Below are positions 23,562 through 32,630 of a stretch of 64,000 nt of DNA, one piece after another (positions within the stretch are counted from its first letter, which is position 1; each line of letters starts with the position of its first letter). A program made the translations under genes and the position numbers. Where the stretch lies: assembly GCA_943364975.1 (NCBI GenBank), contig CALRIY020000003.1:18387-82386 (forward strand), read 5' to 3'. The stretch is from Synechococcus sp. UW140. GTDB lineage: Bacteria > Bacteroidota > Ignavibacteria > UBA10030 > UBA8401. The notes beneath the pieces are model-generated. The model saw only the letters and a list, made by a program, of their open reading frames with translations. It was not told the DNA's origin and ran no database searches.

Positions 23562-24689
23562 ATGATCATTAAATACGACTGCACATATTTTCCCGGGGAC
23601 AGGCCGTGTCACTTCCATAAGACCGAAGGGGTGAAGTGCGACAACTGCACGCACTATGCTGTTGCGGAAAAACGGATCCTCATCATCAAACTTGATGCGA
23701 CCGGCGATGTGCTGCGCACAACATCGGTCCTGCATGGATTGAAGGAACGGTATCCCTCCTCCGAGATCACTTGGATCACCCGGAATGCCGCTGTACCGAT
23801 CTTCAAGCACAACACATTTGTTCACCGCACATTCGCTTATGAGTCGACCGAAACAACAGCATTGATCGCCGTTGAGCAGTTCGACCTTGTCTACAATTTC
23901 GATGCATCGTTTTCCAGTGCCGTCCTCGCATCACAGTCCAAAGGAATTGCAAAATTCGGATACGGAGTGAATGAACGGGGGGATGTCTATCCGCTCAACA
24001 CCGCTGCGGAAGAATGGTTCGAGATGGGGGCGTTCGACGATGTGAAGAAGAAGAATACGCGGACGTATCAGGACCACATGCTTGCAATCGCAGGACTGAC
24101 CACGCAGAAGAAAGAGATCATCATCACTCTTTCGGATACCGAGAAAAAATTCGCTGCGGATTTTGCGGCACGGCACGGACTCATCGGAACTTCGGCGAAG
24201 ATCGGACTGAACACCGGCGCCAGCGACCGATGGCAGTATAAACAGTGGACGCTCGACGGATTCACTTCGCTGATCACAACGATCCTGACCACGACCGATG
24301 CGCTCGTTCTTTTGTACGGCGGTCCGCTCGAGGCGAAACGGAACGAAGAGCTTGCATCGATCGACCCGAAGCGGGTGATCAACATGGGGACGAACAATAC
24401 GCTCCGTGAGTTCTTTGCGCTCATCGAACTGTGCGATGTCTTCGTCACCGGAGACACGCTGGCACTCCATGCGGCGACGGCAATGAAGAAAAAAGTGCTC
24501 GCCTATTTCGGTCCCACATCGGCTGCGGAGATCGAGACCTACGGCGGACAGATCACCAAGATCCTTTCGGATCTGGAGTGTCTCTGCTGCTATAAGATGA
24601 CGTGCGACTTCGAACCGAACTGCATGAATTCCATCACGCCGGAATTCATGTTCGGACAGATCCGGAATATTCTCTCATCCAAACGATAA
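23562..24689 (+). CDS. GT9 (heptosyltransferase-like) glycosyltransferase with Cys-rich N- and C-terminal segments
   Basis: ORF trimmed to ATG 23562, because earlier in-frame starts lie inside intergenic palindromes. GT9-like blocks ILIIKLDATGDVLRTTSVL and TGDTLALHAATAMKKKV. Confidence 0.82.
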   Translation: MIIKYDCTYFPGDRPCHFHKTEGVKCDNCTHYAVAEKRILIIKLDATGDVLRTTSVLHGLKERYPSSEITWITRNAAVPIFKHNTFVHRTFAYESTETTALIAVEQFDLVYNFDASFSSAVLASQSKGIAKFGYGVNERGDVYPLNTAAEEWFEMGAFDDVKKKNTRTYQDHMLAIAGLTTQKKEIIITLSDTEKKFAADFAARHGLIGTSAKIGLNTGASDRWQYKQWTLDGFTSLITTILTTTDALVLLYGGPLEAKRNEELASIDPKRVINMGTNNTLREFFALIELCDVFVTGDTLALHAATAMKKKVLAYFGPTSAAEIETYGGQITKILSDLECLCCYKMTCDFEPNCMNSITPEFMFGQIRNILSSKR

Positions 24690-24694
24690 TCACC

Positions 24695-25504
24695 ATGCAT
24701 TACGATCCCATCAAAGATTCCATCGGAAACGTCGTCCGCACAGCACCGGTCCTTCGCCGCCTCTTCTATTTTACACTTGGTATGATGTTCCTGCGGACGT
24801 GGTATGTGAAACGCGAGCTGAAGAATCTTCTGTCCCGGCACAAAGGACCGTTCGAACTGTTCGACGCCGGCAGCGGATTCGGGCAGTATTCCTACTATTT
24901 GGCGAAAAAATTCCCGAATGTCTCCATTCACGCGATCGATGTGAAGGAGGATTACATTGCGGACTGCAAGCAGTTCTTCGCGGCATCCGGACTGAAGAAT
25001 GTCCATTTCGGCGTGGAGGATCTGACCGTCCCAACCCATACGAACCGGTTCGATTTCATCCTGTCTGTGGACGTGATGGAACACATCGTCGAGGATGTCA
25101 CGGTCTTCAAGAACTTCTATGCCGCGCTGAAACCGGGCGGAATGGTGCTGATCAACACTCCTTCGAATCTCGGCGGATCGGATGTGCACGGCGAGGATGA
25201 GGAGAGTTTCATCGGCGAGCATGCGCGGGACGGATATTCCGTTGAGGACATTACGGCAAAACTGAAGAGCGTCGGTTTCAACGTCCTCTTTGCAAAATAC
25301 TCTTATGGACCGGTCGGTTCCGCCGCCTGGCGGCTCGGCATCAAATATCCGATGCTGATGCTCAATGTGTCCAAAGCATTCTTCATCGTGCTCCCCTTCT
25401 ATTATCTTGCGACACTCTGGCTCACCCTCATTCTGATGTGGATCGATTTCCATTCCAACAATACTGCAGGGACCGGATTGATCGTGGCGGCGGAGAAAAA
25501 ATAA
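24695..25504 (+). CDS. class I SAM-dependent methyltransferase with C-terminal membrane segments
   Basis: ORF trimmed to ATG 24695 (MHYDPIKDS...). Motif I LFDAGSGFGQYS. Hydrophobic C-terminus (FFIVLPFYYLATLWLTLILMWI). Confidence 0.85.
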   Translation: MHYDPIKDSIGNVVRTAPVLRRLFYFTLGMMFLRTWYVKRELKNLLSRHKGPFELFDAGSGFGQYSYYLAKKFPNVSIHAIDVKEDYIADCKQFFAASGLKNVHFGVEDLTVPTHTNRFDFILSVDVMEHIVEDVTVFKNFYAALKPGGMVLINTPSNLGGSDVHGEDEESFIGEHARDGYSVEDITAKLKSVGFNVLFAKYSYGPVGSAAWRLGIKYPMLMLNVSKAFFIVLPFYYLATLWLTLILMWIDFHSNNTAGTGLIVAAEKK

Positions 25505-25520
25505 TTTTCGCTTGTATCCA

Positions 25521-25551
25521 GTTGTAGGACACCTTAAAGGTGTCCTACAAC
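25521..25551. repeat. GTAG-headed REP-like palindrome, copy 3 (arms extended by GTT/AAC)
   Basis: GTTGTAGGACACCTT-a-AAGGTGTCCTACAAC, 17 nt after the methyltransferase stop. Confidence 0.8.
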
Positions 25552-25561
25552 TGCGCATTAT

Positions 25562-25581
25562 AATTGTCCGCCCCTACAATT
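25562..25581. repeat. half-copy of the GGGGCGGACAATT palindrome with adjacent GTAG
   Basis: The reverse complement reads AATTGTAGGGGCGGACAATT. GGGGCGGACAATT is identical to 18294..18306. GTCCGCCCCTACA is 12/13 identical to the RAYT-proximal GTCCGCACCTACA (40828..40840). Confidence 0.6.
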
Positions 25582-25685
25582 ATTCCCCGTATTCTCAGTG
25601 GTGAATGTTTTTCGTTTTTCACCGAAAATCTCCGTACCTTTCAGTGTTATCCCGCTGTTTACTCACTTAAGACCTCTATTGTTCT

Positions 25686-27341
25686 ATGGAATCTTTCATA
25701 TCACTGTTGGCGGCGAATAAGCTGCTTCTGCTCTTCAGCGTGATCGGTATCGGCTTTTTGCTCGGTCAGATCCGCATCTTCGGTTTTAATTTCGGCGTCT
25801 CAGCAGTTCTGTTCATCGGGATCGCATTCGGCGCGCTGGACAAACGGCTCCACATGCCGGAAGAGATCTACATTGTCGGTCTTGTCCTGTTCGTCTATAC
25901 GATCGGTCTGCAGTCCGGACCGAGTTTCTTCTCCTCGTTCAACAGGAAATCACTCCGGGCGAACCTGTTCGTTGTGCTTCTGCTGATCACCGGCGCCGGT
26001 CTTGCGGCGCTCTTCACACAATTGTTCGGATTCGATATTCCTCACGGTGTGGGGATCTTCTGCGGCGCGCTGACGAACACTCCCGCATTGGCCGCTTCGG
26101 TAGAGGCGGTAAAATCCTATACAATGCAGTACCCGGCCGAGCTCCGCGAGACGATGATGAATGCTCCAGTCATCACGTACGGATTGACCTATCCCTTCGG
26201 CGTGCTGGGAGTGATCCTCTGGTTCTACATCTTCACAAAATGGTACAAGATCGACTTCGTCAAAGAGGAGGCGAACCGTGCCAGTGAATCCGGCATCAGT
26301 TCCATTCAGACGCAGACATTCCGCATCGTCAATCCCGCCGTGATCGGAAAGAAAGCAATGGATGTACTGAATCTGATCGAACACCGCAGGTTCGTCCTGA
26401 GCCGGTTCAAGCGGGAGGGCGCCATCAATATTATCCTGCCGGATACAGTGTTCGAACAGAATGATCTTGTTGCCGCGGTCGGTTCAGCGGAGGATCTGAA
26501 GCGTGCGCAGCTGGTGCTCGGCGAGCCGTGCGATGAGCAGATCACGATGGATAATGCCGGATTCGAATACCGGCGTATCTTCGTCTCGAATGAGCATGCG
26601 GTGGGAAAAGCGATCCATGACCTTCATCTGGAAAAGGAATACGGAGCAACGATCACGCGTCTCCGTCGCGGTGATGTGGATTTCGTCCCTTCCCCGGACA
26701 CCAAACTGGAACTGGGTGACCGGGTCCGGGTTGTGACCCGCCATGAGAATATCCAGCGGATCACGGAATTCTTCGGCGATTCGATGAAGTCCATCTCGGA
26801 AACGGATTTTCTCTCTATTTCACTCGGGATCGTCATCGGCGTCTTTGTGGGAATGCTGCCGATACCGCTTCCGAACGGTTCCTCCTTCAAACTCGGATTT
26901 GCCGGCGGTCCGCTGATCGTTTCTCTGATCCTCGGCAGGCTGCAGAGGACCGGTTCCGTGACATGGACAATGCCGTTCAGCGCGAATCTGGTGCTGCGGC
27001 AGATCGGATTGGTCTTCTTTCTGGCGGGAATCGGCGTAAAAGCTGGACAGGGATTCGGGGCGACATTCCAATCCGAAGGGCTCATTGTAATGCTGGCGGG
27101 GGCATTGCTGACCACGATCATTTCGTTCTTGACATTGACGATCGGTTATAAATATCTTCATCTCCCGATGTCAGCCGTCATGGGGGTGACGAGCGCGCTC
27201 CACACGCAGCCCGCAGCGTTGGCGTATGCCAATCAGCAGGCCGGCAACGATCAGCCCAACATGTATTATGCGATGGTCTATCCTGCCTCGATGATCTCGA
27301 AGATCATCCTTGCTCAAATGCTCGTTTCAGCGTTATGGTAA
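25686..27341 (+). CDS. AspT/YidE/YbjL-family transporter with two central RCK_C (TrkA-C) domains
   Basis: 551 aa. An N-terminal and a C-terminal TM bundle are separated by two soluble repeats (RFVLSRFKREG..., ITRLRRGDVDFVP...). Confidence 0.85.
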   Translation: MESFISLLAANKLLLLFSVIGIGFLLGQIRIFGFNFGVSAVLFIGIAFGALDKRLHMPEEIYIVGLVLFVYTIGLQSGPSFFSSFNRKSLRANLFVVLLLITGAGLAALFTQLFGFDIPHGVGIFCGALTNTPALAASVEAVKSYTMQYPAELRETMMNAPVITYGLTYPFGVLGVILWFYIFTKWYKIDFVKEEANRASESGISSIQTQTFRIVNPAVIGKKAMDVLNLIEHRRFVLSRFKREGAINIILPDTVFEQNDLVAAVGSAEDLKRAQLVLGEPCDEQITMDNAGFEYRRIFVSNEHAVGKAIHDLHLEKEYGATITRLRRGDVDFVPSPDTKLELGDRVRVVTRHENIQRITEFFGDSMKSISETDFLSISLGIVIGVFVGMLPIPLPNGSSFKLGFAGGPLIVSLILGRLQRTGSVTWTMPFSANLVLRQIGLVFFLAGIGVKAGQGFGATFQSEGLIVMLAGALLTTIISFLTLTIGYKYLHLPMSAVMGVTSALHTQPAALAYANQQAGNDQPNMYYAMVYPASMISKIILAQMLVSALW

Positions 27342-27362
27342 TCATTTTTTAAGGGGTGTTCC

Positions 27363-28634
27363 ATGGTACGACGAATCATTCTTTTTCTGTTCCTCTTCAC
27401 CGCTCTCGTTTCCGCACAGAATCCGTTCGAAGCATATTATCTTTCCAAACAGCGTCTGCAGGAGAAGGATACCGCCGGATATTTCTATCTTGCCGAACAA
27501 GCATACACGCTTGCACCGTTCAATCTGGAGTTCACCGTCAACTATGCACGAGCGTGCGTCGTTGTCGGACGGCAGATCCGAGCGACAAATCTTCTGCAGA
27601 GCGTGGCGGATATCGGATTCGATTACAGTCTTGATAAGGATACGACCTTCGCTCCGCTGTGGAAGCAGAGCAAATTCAAACAGATCGTATCCAAAATGAA
27701 AATGAGTTCGAAACTGACGGCGAGCAATTACGCCTTTTCGCTCAAGGAGAAGGACCTGATCCCCGAAGGGATGACGTACGATCCGCGCCAGCAGAAATTC
27801 TATGTGAGCAGCATCTATAAACGGAAGATCGTCGGCATCAATCTGGACGGCACCTCGTTCGACTTCACCGGCGAAGCTCAGGACGGCCTCTACAGCACGC
27901 TCGGCATGAAGGTGGACGCGGCGCGGAACCATCTTTGGGTGATGGGAGTGCTCAACACACCGAAAGCCAAAGTGATGAATGCATCGGACTTCGGGAAAGC
28001 GGCTGTGTTCCAGTACGATCTTGAGACAAGGAAGCTCCTGAAAAAATATACACTGAACGACACGCTGAAGCATCTCTTCAATGACCTGGTGATCGTGAAC
28101 GGTTCGGTGTATCTGACGGACAGCGAGAACGGCGCGGTCTATCGGATCGACAAGGAATCCGGTTCATTCACTCCGTTCTACCAGTGGGACTGGCTGTTCT
28201 ATCCGAACGGTATCACCGTGTCGCAGGACCAGCAGTATCTGTTCATTGCACATTGGGCGGGGATCAGCAGAGTGTCGCTGGCCGACACTCAGATGGTGAT
28301 GCTGCAGTGCAAGCCGAACACCACACTGACCGGTGTGGACGGATTATATTCCTATGAGAACAATTTGATCGCCGTCCAGAATGCAGCGGGTCCCCAATCC
28401 CGCATCATGCTGTTCGAACTGAACAAGACGATGGACGCGGTCGCAAAGTCGACCGTGCTCGAATCGCAGAATCCTCTGTATAATATCCCGACCACCGGCG
28501 CGGTCGTGGATGATGAGTTCTTCTTCATTGCCAACAGTCAGCTGCAGAATTTCGATGCGCAGGGGAATATCTTCCCGCCGGAAAAGATGCAGCCGACGTA
28601 TATCCTGAAGCTGAAGTTGAATGCAAAGGAATAA
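27363..28634 (+). CDS. secreted protein, helical N-terminal region plus probable six-bladed propeller (SMP-30/gluconolactonase-like)
   Basis: 423 aa. Signal peptide MVRRIILFLFLFTALVSAQ. Strand-rich repeats (PEGMTYDP, LYSTLGMKVD, FNDLVIVNG, PNGITVS, GVDGLY). Confidence 0.7.
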   Translation: MVRRIILFLFLFTALVSAQNPFEAYYLSKQRLQEKDTAGYFYLAEQAYTLAPFNLEFTVNYARACVVVGRQIRATNLLQSVADIGFDYSLDKDTTFAPLWKQSKFKQIVSKMKMSSKLTASNYAFSLKEKDLIPEGMTYDPRQQKFYVSSIYKRKIVGINLDGTSFDFTGEAQDGLYSTLGMKVDAARNHLWVMGVLNTPKAKVMNASDFGKAAVFQYDLETRKLLKKYTLNDTLKHLFNDLVIVNGSVYLTDSENGAVYRIDKESGSFTPFYQWDWLFYPNGITVSQDQQYLFIAHWAGISRVSLADTQMVMLQCKPNTTLTGVDGLYSYENNLIAVQNAAGPQSRIMLFELNKTMDAVAKSTVLESQNPLYNIPTTGAVVDDEFFFIANSQLQNFDAQGNIFPPEKMQPTYILKLKLNAKE

Positions 28635-28683
28635 ACCTGCCGATGTTCCGGTACAGAACATCGACCGCATGAATACAGTACAT

Positions 28684-28718
28684 AAAAAAACCCCGAAGAG
28701 TGCTCTTCGGGGTTTTTT
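28684..28718. terminator. bidirectional terminator between convergent genes
   Basis: AAAAAAA-CCCCGAAGAG-tg-CTCTTCGGGG-TTTTTT. Confidence 0.85.
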
Positions 28719-28738
28719 GCGTACGGACGATCTGCAAA

Positions 28739-30910
28739 TTACTGGTTATCGACTGCGCTTTCGATCACGGTTTGGATCGTCGGTGATACTTTTCCGAGGA
28801 AATCATACCCGGTCGATGCTTCAACGGCATCGACGCTGACACGGAATGTCTTCCAGTCCGCCGTGCGGCTGATAAGTGCATCGCTGTTCGGCATCACTAC
28901 GGCGATCACACGCGTAGCGGAGGTGACGCGCGAAAGATCATTAGATCCTTCAGGGATGACGACAACAACTTTCCATGTGTGCGTGGGAATATTTACACGC
29001 CCTGCGTCGACCGTCCCCTGCGAGCCGTATCCGCCGGAGTAGATATATAATTCATTTCCTGCGGTGACAAGCGTGCGCAGATAATTTTCCATATTCGCCC
29101 ACGGTCCCTGATTGTTGTTCGGCGCCTGCGGAACCATATTGGTCATCAGGAATGTGGATGAGTTGTCGGCCACTGTTGCCGTTCTGTCTGCTGAAGGGCA
29201 CATGTGTCCTCTATCGTATCCGCTGCCGCTGTAGCTCGTGGAGCCGACATGATACCACGATGATGGTAACGTTGCATCAGCACGGAAATCATCCTGCCGA
29301 GCCGTGCTGCCGATCCACGAAGAATTCAAATGCCATGCGACCCAGTTCGCCGTCCCTTTATCGCGGTGGTATGAAAGGACGTATTGCGCTTTTTCCATCA
29401 GATAATTCGTCGGAAGATTGATGTCCGCTGCGGCGTTGCTGGGATTTCCGAGGATAGTATGGACGCTGGTCGATGTGGTTGTATCCGTTCCTCCTCCGCC
29501 GTACGTGGAGAGATTCGCCGTCAGCGTATAGACTGTCGAAGTACTTGAGCCTGATGTTGAAAGAACTTCCACATAGTATATTTCGTTCGTCGTGGAATTA
29601 TATGAGATGTTTTCCGCAACGCCGGCGGCATTGGCGGAGCTCGCAACAGTCGCGCCTGCCGAATTCAGCAGCAGCAGGTCATAATTCACTCCGGCCGGTA
29701 CTGACAAGCCGAGCGCAATGGTCTGAGTGGATGTTGCGGACAAAGAATAGAAATCAACATCGGATACTGCGCTGATCAATCCGGTGTGTGTTGCCGGGAC
29801 TGCGCCGACTGCCGTGGATGTGCCGACGGTGTTATTCGGTTCCACTTCTGTGACGGTCGGTGTCGTTGCATAATCCGAAATATTGATCTCGTCGATGTTC
29901 AGACGGATGGATGTCGTTCCGGTCGTCTTTCTGATCTCGAAGCGGACTGCTCCGGAGACATTCACGGTGAATGTTGCGGTGGTGAGCGTCGTTGATGTCG
30001 TTGTGATCGTTGCACCGTTCTGTGTCCACGATGTTCCTGCATTCGTGGAGTACCAAAGCTGCCAGGAACTGTTCGCATCGGTCCCGTATTTCGCATGCTG
30101 GATCGTGACCGTTCCTGCGCCGGTCGGTTTGTCGAACATCATTGTCAGTTTGCCGGTGCTTTGGATGCGAGCACTCTTCGTTGCAACCTTGCGGTCGCTC
30201 GTGGAAGTACCGAGCAGTGCATTATTGAAACTCCACACTCCGGATGCCAGGGTGACATTCGCTGTTGTGTATGAGGTCTTTGTTCCTGTTTCAAATGATT
30301 CCCATGCCGTGGCGCCGCCGCCTGTGCCGGCATAGTCGTTGATCACAAAATCGTCAAAGTTGACACGTGCTGCTGTCCCATCTGTTTTGCGGATCTCAAA
30401 CCGGATCGTGCCGGTGACATTCACGGTGAATGATGCGGTGGCCAGTGTTGTGGATGAGGTCGTGATCGTTGCACCGGTCTGCGTCCACGTCGATCCGCTG
30501 TTGGTGGAATACCACAGCTGCCAGGTGGAATTCGCGTCGGTCCCGTACTTCGCATGCTTCACAGTGACCACTCCCGCTCCGTCGGTCCGGTTGAATTTCA
30601 TGGTCAGTTTTCCGCTGTTGCGCGTTCTCACGCTTTTCGTTCCATTCTTCGGATCGCTTGTCGAAGTTCCAATCAGCGCTTCATCCAGCGTCCACACACC
30701 CGAGGTCAATGTCACATCGCCGACAGCATAGGACGTTTTTGATCCGGCTTCAAAATCTTCGGAGACTGTGACTTTGTTCAGAGAAAGTTCGTTGGAGGTG
30801 TTAGAATTGTTGTTGGAGGTTGGCGCGGTGGGTGTTTCTTGACACGATTGGAGAGCGAGAAGCATAACGGCAATTAATGTTGCCGTTAGAGAGCGCAATG
30901 TAACTTTCAT
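28739..30910 (-). CDS. lipoprotein DNA/RNA non-specific endonuclease (NucA/Endonuclease_NS) with two tandem ~143-aa beta-rich domains and a PPC-like domain
   Basis: 723 aa. Lipobox LLALQSC. PPC-like EVEPNNT...DVDFYSL...YYVEV. Catalytic block SGYDRGHMCPSADR...TNMVPQAPNNNQGPW. Confidence 0.88.
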   Translation of the reverse strand: MKVTLRSLTATLIAVMLLALQSCQETPTAPTSNNNSNTSNELSLNKVTVSEDFEAGSKTSYAVGDVTLTSGVWTLDEALIGTSTSDPKNGTKSVRTRNSGKLTMKFNRTDGAGVVTVKHAKYGTDANSTWQLWYSTNSGSTWTQTGATITTSSTTLATASFTVNVTGTIRFEIRKTDGTAARVNFDDFVINDYAGTGGGATAWESFETGTKTSYTTANVTLASGVWSFNNALLGTSTSDRKVATKSARIQSTGKLTMMFDKPTGAGTVTIQHAKYGTDANSSWQLWYSTNAGTSWTQNGATITTTSTTLTTATFTVNVSGAVRFEIRKTTGTTSIRLNIDEINISDYATTPTVTEVEPNNTVGTSTAVGAVPATHTGLISAVSDVDFYSLSATSTQTIALGLSVPAGVNYDLLLLNSAGATVASSANAAGVAENISYNSTTNEIYYVEVLSTSGSSTSTVYTLTANLSTYGGGGTDTTTSTSVHTILGNPSNAAADINLPTNYLMEKAQYVLSYHRDKGTANWVAWHLNSSWIGSTARQDDFRADATLPSSWYHVGSTSYSGSGYDRGHMCPSADRTATVADNSSTFLMTNMVPQAPNNNQGPWANMENYLRTLVTAGNELYIYSGGYGSQGTVDAGRVNIPTHTWKVVVVIPEGSNDLSRVTSATRVIAVVMPNSDALISRTADWKTFRVSVDAVEASTGYDFLGKVSPTIQTVIESAVDNQ
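29870..30757 (-). repeat. tandem duplication of a ~143-aa domain inside the large nuclease gene
   Basis: aa 52-193 (30332..30757) and aa 205-347 (29870..30298) share long identical runs: KYGTDAN, WQLWYSTN, TFTVNV.G..RFEIRKT. Confidence 0.9.
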
Positions 30911-31036
30911 ACATACCTCTTTTGGTTAATGGGGTTGTTTAAGTCACGCGTTGCAAATATAGGCATTTCAACAGGTTTTGTAAAGGGGTGGGACGTAATT
31001 TTAATGTTACGCTTCCGTCAATGTGGGTAAGGAGTG

Positions 31037-31843
31037 TTATTCGGAATCGACGATATTTTCAAGAGAGGACTGCAGTGTGAGCGGAAGTGCCGGGAAAAGA
31101 TCAAAACCGGTCAGGGATTCGATCTGATCGATGCTGACGCGGTACGATCTCCAATCATCACTTTTGGAGATAAGCGCATTATTGTTGGGCATGAGCACGG
31201 CGATCGTTCGCGATGAAATCGTTACGCGGTTCAGATCATCATCCCCTGCATCAAGAATGAGGATCGCTTTCCATGTCTGTTCCGGAATCTGCACGCGGCC
31301 GCTGTCGATAAATCCGGACTCACCATTGCCTCCGCAGTAGATATAGACCTCTTTCCCCTGCTTCACCAGATCGCGGCAGTAGATCTCCAATGCAGCCCAC
31401 GGTCCCTGATTATTGTTCGGCGCCTGCGGGATCATATTCGTCATAGAGAATGTAGCGGAATTGTCCGAAGCGTTGTTCGTCCTGTCCCCCGACGGACACA
31501 TATGCCCGCGATCGTATCCGCTTCGTCGGTAACTTTTTTCGTGTACTCTATACCATGGAAACGGCAGAGAGGTGTCCGCCCGGAAATCGTTGCTGCGCTG
31601 TACTTCGCCGAGCCAGCTGCTGTCCGTATGCCACGCGACCCAGTTCGGGATCCCCGTGAACCGGTTGTAGGAAAGTACGAATTGCGGTTTGACCATCAGA
31701 TAATTCTGCGGGGAGGTAACATCGGCTGCGGCGCGGCTGGGATTTCCCAGGGCAAGATGTTCGGCAAGGGAACGGGCATCCGCGCCGGATTGTGCCTGCA
31801 GCGAAACAACAAGAATACATACGAATGCAAAGATCTTTTTCAT
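31037..31843 (-). CDS. secreted DNA/RNA non-specific endonuclease (NucA/Endonuclease_NS), short paralogue
   Basis: ORF trimmed to ATG 31843 (MKKIFAFVCILVVSLQAQ). SGYDRGHMCPSGDR...TNMIPQAPNNNQGPW. Collinear with the C-terminal 260 aa of the neighbouring nuclease. Confidence 0.9.
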   Translation of the reverse strand: MKKIFAFVCILVVSLQAQSGADARSLAEHLALGNPSRAAADVTSPQNYLMVKPQFVLSYNRFTGIPNWVAWHTDSSWLGEVQRSNDFRADTSLPFPWYRVHEKSYRRSGYDRGHMCPSGDRTNNASDNSATFSMTNMIPQAPNNNQGPWAALEIYCRDLVKQGKEVYIYCGGNGESGFIDSGRVQIPEQTWKAILILDAGDDDLNRVTISSRTIAVLMPNNNALISKSDDWRSYRVSIDQIESLTGFDLFPALPLTLQSSLENIVDSE

Positions 31844-31854
31844 CGGTCCTCGTC

Positions 31855-32628
31855 TTAGATCAATCCCATACCCAACGCCGAAGCGATCACGATCAGCATC
31901 ACGGCAACGGTCTTTTGAATGAATGCGATCGTCACTTTTTTCAAGAAGTGGTTTCCCGCATATGCTCCTGCAAACGCGGAGAGGACCGCCGCTGCGACGA
32001 CATCCCAATGCTCTATGGTACCGGAAGAAAGGAAGCGCGTTGAATACAGCGACAGCCGTGTCAGATCCACGAAGCAGGCGATCACAATTCCGGTCGCAAG
32101 GAAACGTTCTTTCGAAAGTCCGTACGTGATGAGAAATGCTGAACGGAGCGCCCCCTGATGACCGGATAATCCCCCGAAGAATCCGCTCAGGAAACCGCCG
32201 AACGGCAGCGAACGCATCGATGGCTTGAACGACTGCAGTGCAGGAATAAGCTCAGCCAGTGAAAAATAGACCATCACAACGGCGATCAGCAGCTTCATCG
32301 GTTGCACGGTGAATACTTTCCCCGAAATAGAATACTCAGCGATCGGCTGCAGTCCTGTCAGCATCAGCAGCAGTACGGCGCCGGTCACGGCACCGATCAC
32401 TGCCGATAATCCGAATGCAGCGATGATCTTCCGGTCTGCATATTTCCCGAGCAGTCCGAGTTTGAAGATATTGTTGGAGAGATGAACGATCCCCGTCATT
32501 GCGATGGCGATCTCTATAGGAAAGAAGAGCGCGAAGACCGGCGTGAGGATCGTTCCAAGCCCGAATCCCGAAAAGAGCGTGATGAGCGATGCCGCCGCCG
32601 ATGCGATGATGATGATCGTCAGTTCCAA
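31855..32628 (-). CDS. TauE/SafE (DUF81) family anion exporter
   Basis: 257 aa with a TTG start 2 nt after the upstream stop. About 8 TM segments with Gly-rich helices (FGLGTILTP, GGLSGHQGALRS). Confidence 0.82.
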   Translation of the reverse strand: MELTIIIIASAAASLITLFSGFGLGTILTPVFALFFPIEIAIAMTGIVHLSNNIFKLGLLGKYADRKIIAAFGLSAVIGAVTGAVLLLMLTGLQPIAEYSISGKVFTVQPMKLLIAVVMVYFSLAELIPALQSFKPSMRSLPFGGFLSGFFGGLSGHQGALRSAFLITYGLSKERFLATGIVIACFVDLTRLSLYSTRFLSSGTIEHWDVVAAAVLSAFAGAYAGNHFLKKVTIAFIQKTVAVMLIVIASALGMGLI

Positions 32629-32630
32629 TA

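Noticed and set aside
21556-23562. 668-aa minus-strand ORF, the longest unexplained ORF in the track
   Set aside because: It is antisense to the GT2 and GT4 genes, which carry clear family motifs and are translationally adjacent. The antisense product is Arg/His/Asp-rich low complexity with no start context.
30954-30961. TATATTTG (minus strand), a match to the Bacteroidetes TAnnTTTG -7 promoter element, 44 nt upstream of the large nuclease gene
   Set aside because: It is a single instance without a clear -33 TTTG partner. Other promoters in the window do not obviously follow the pattern, so I cannot claim this promoter type.
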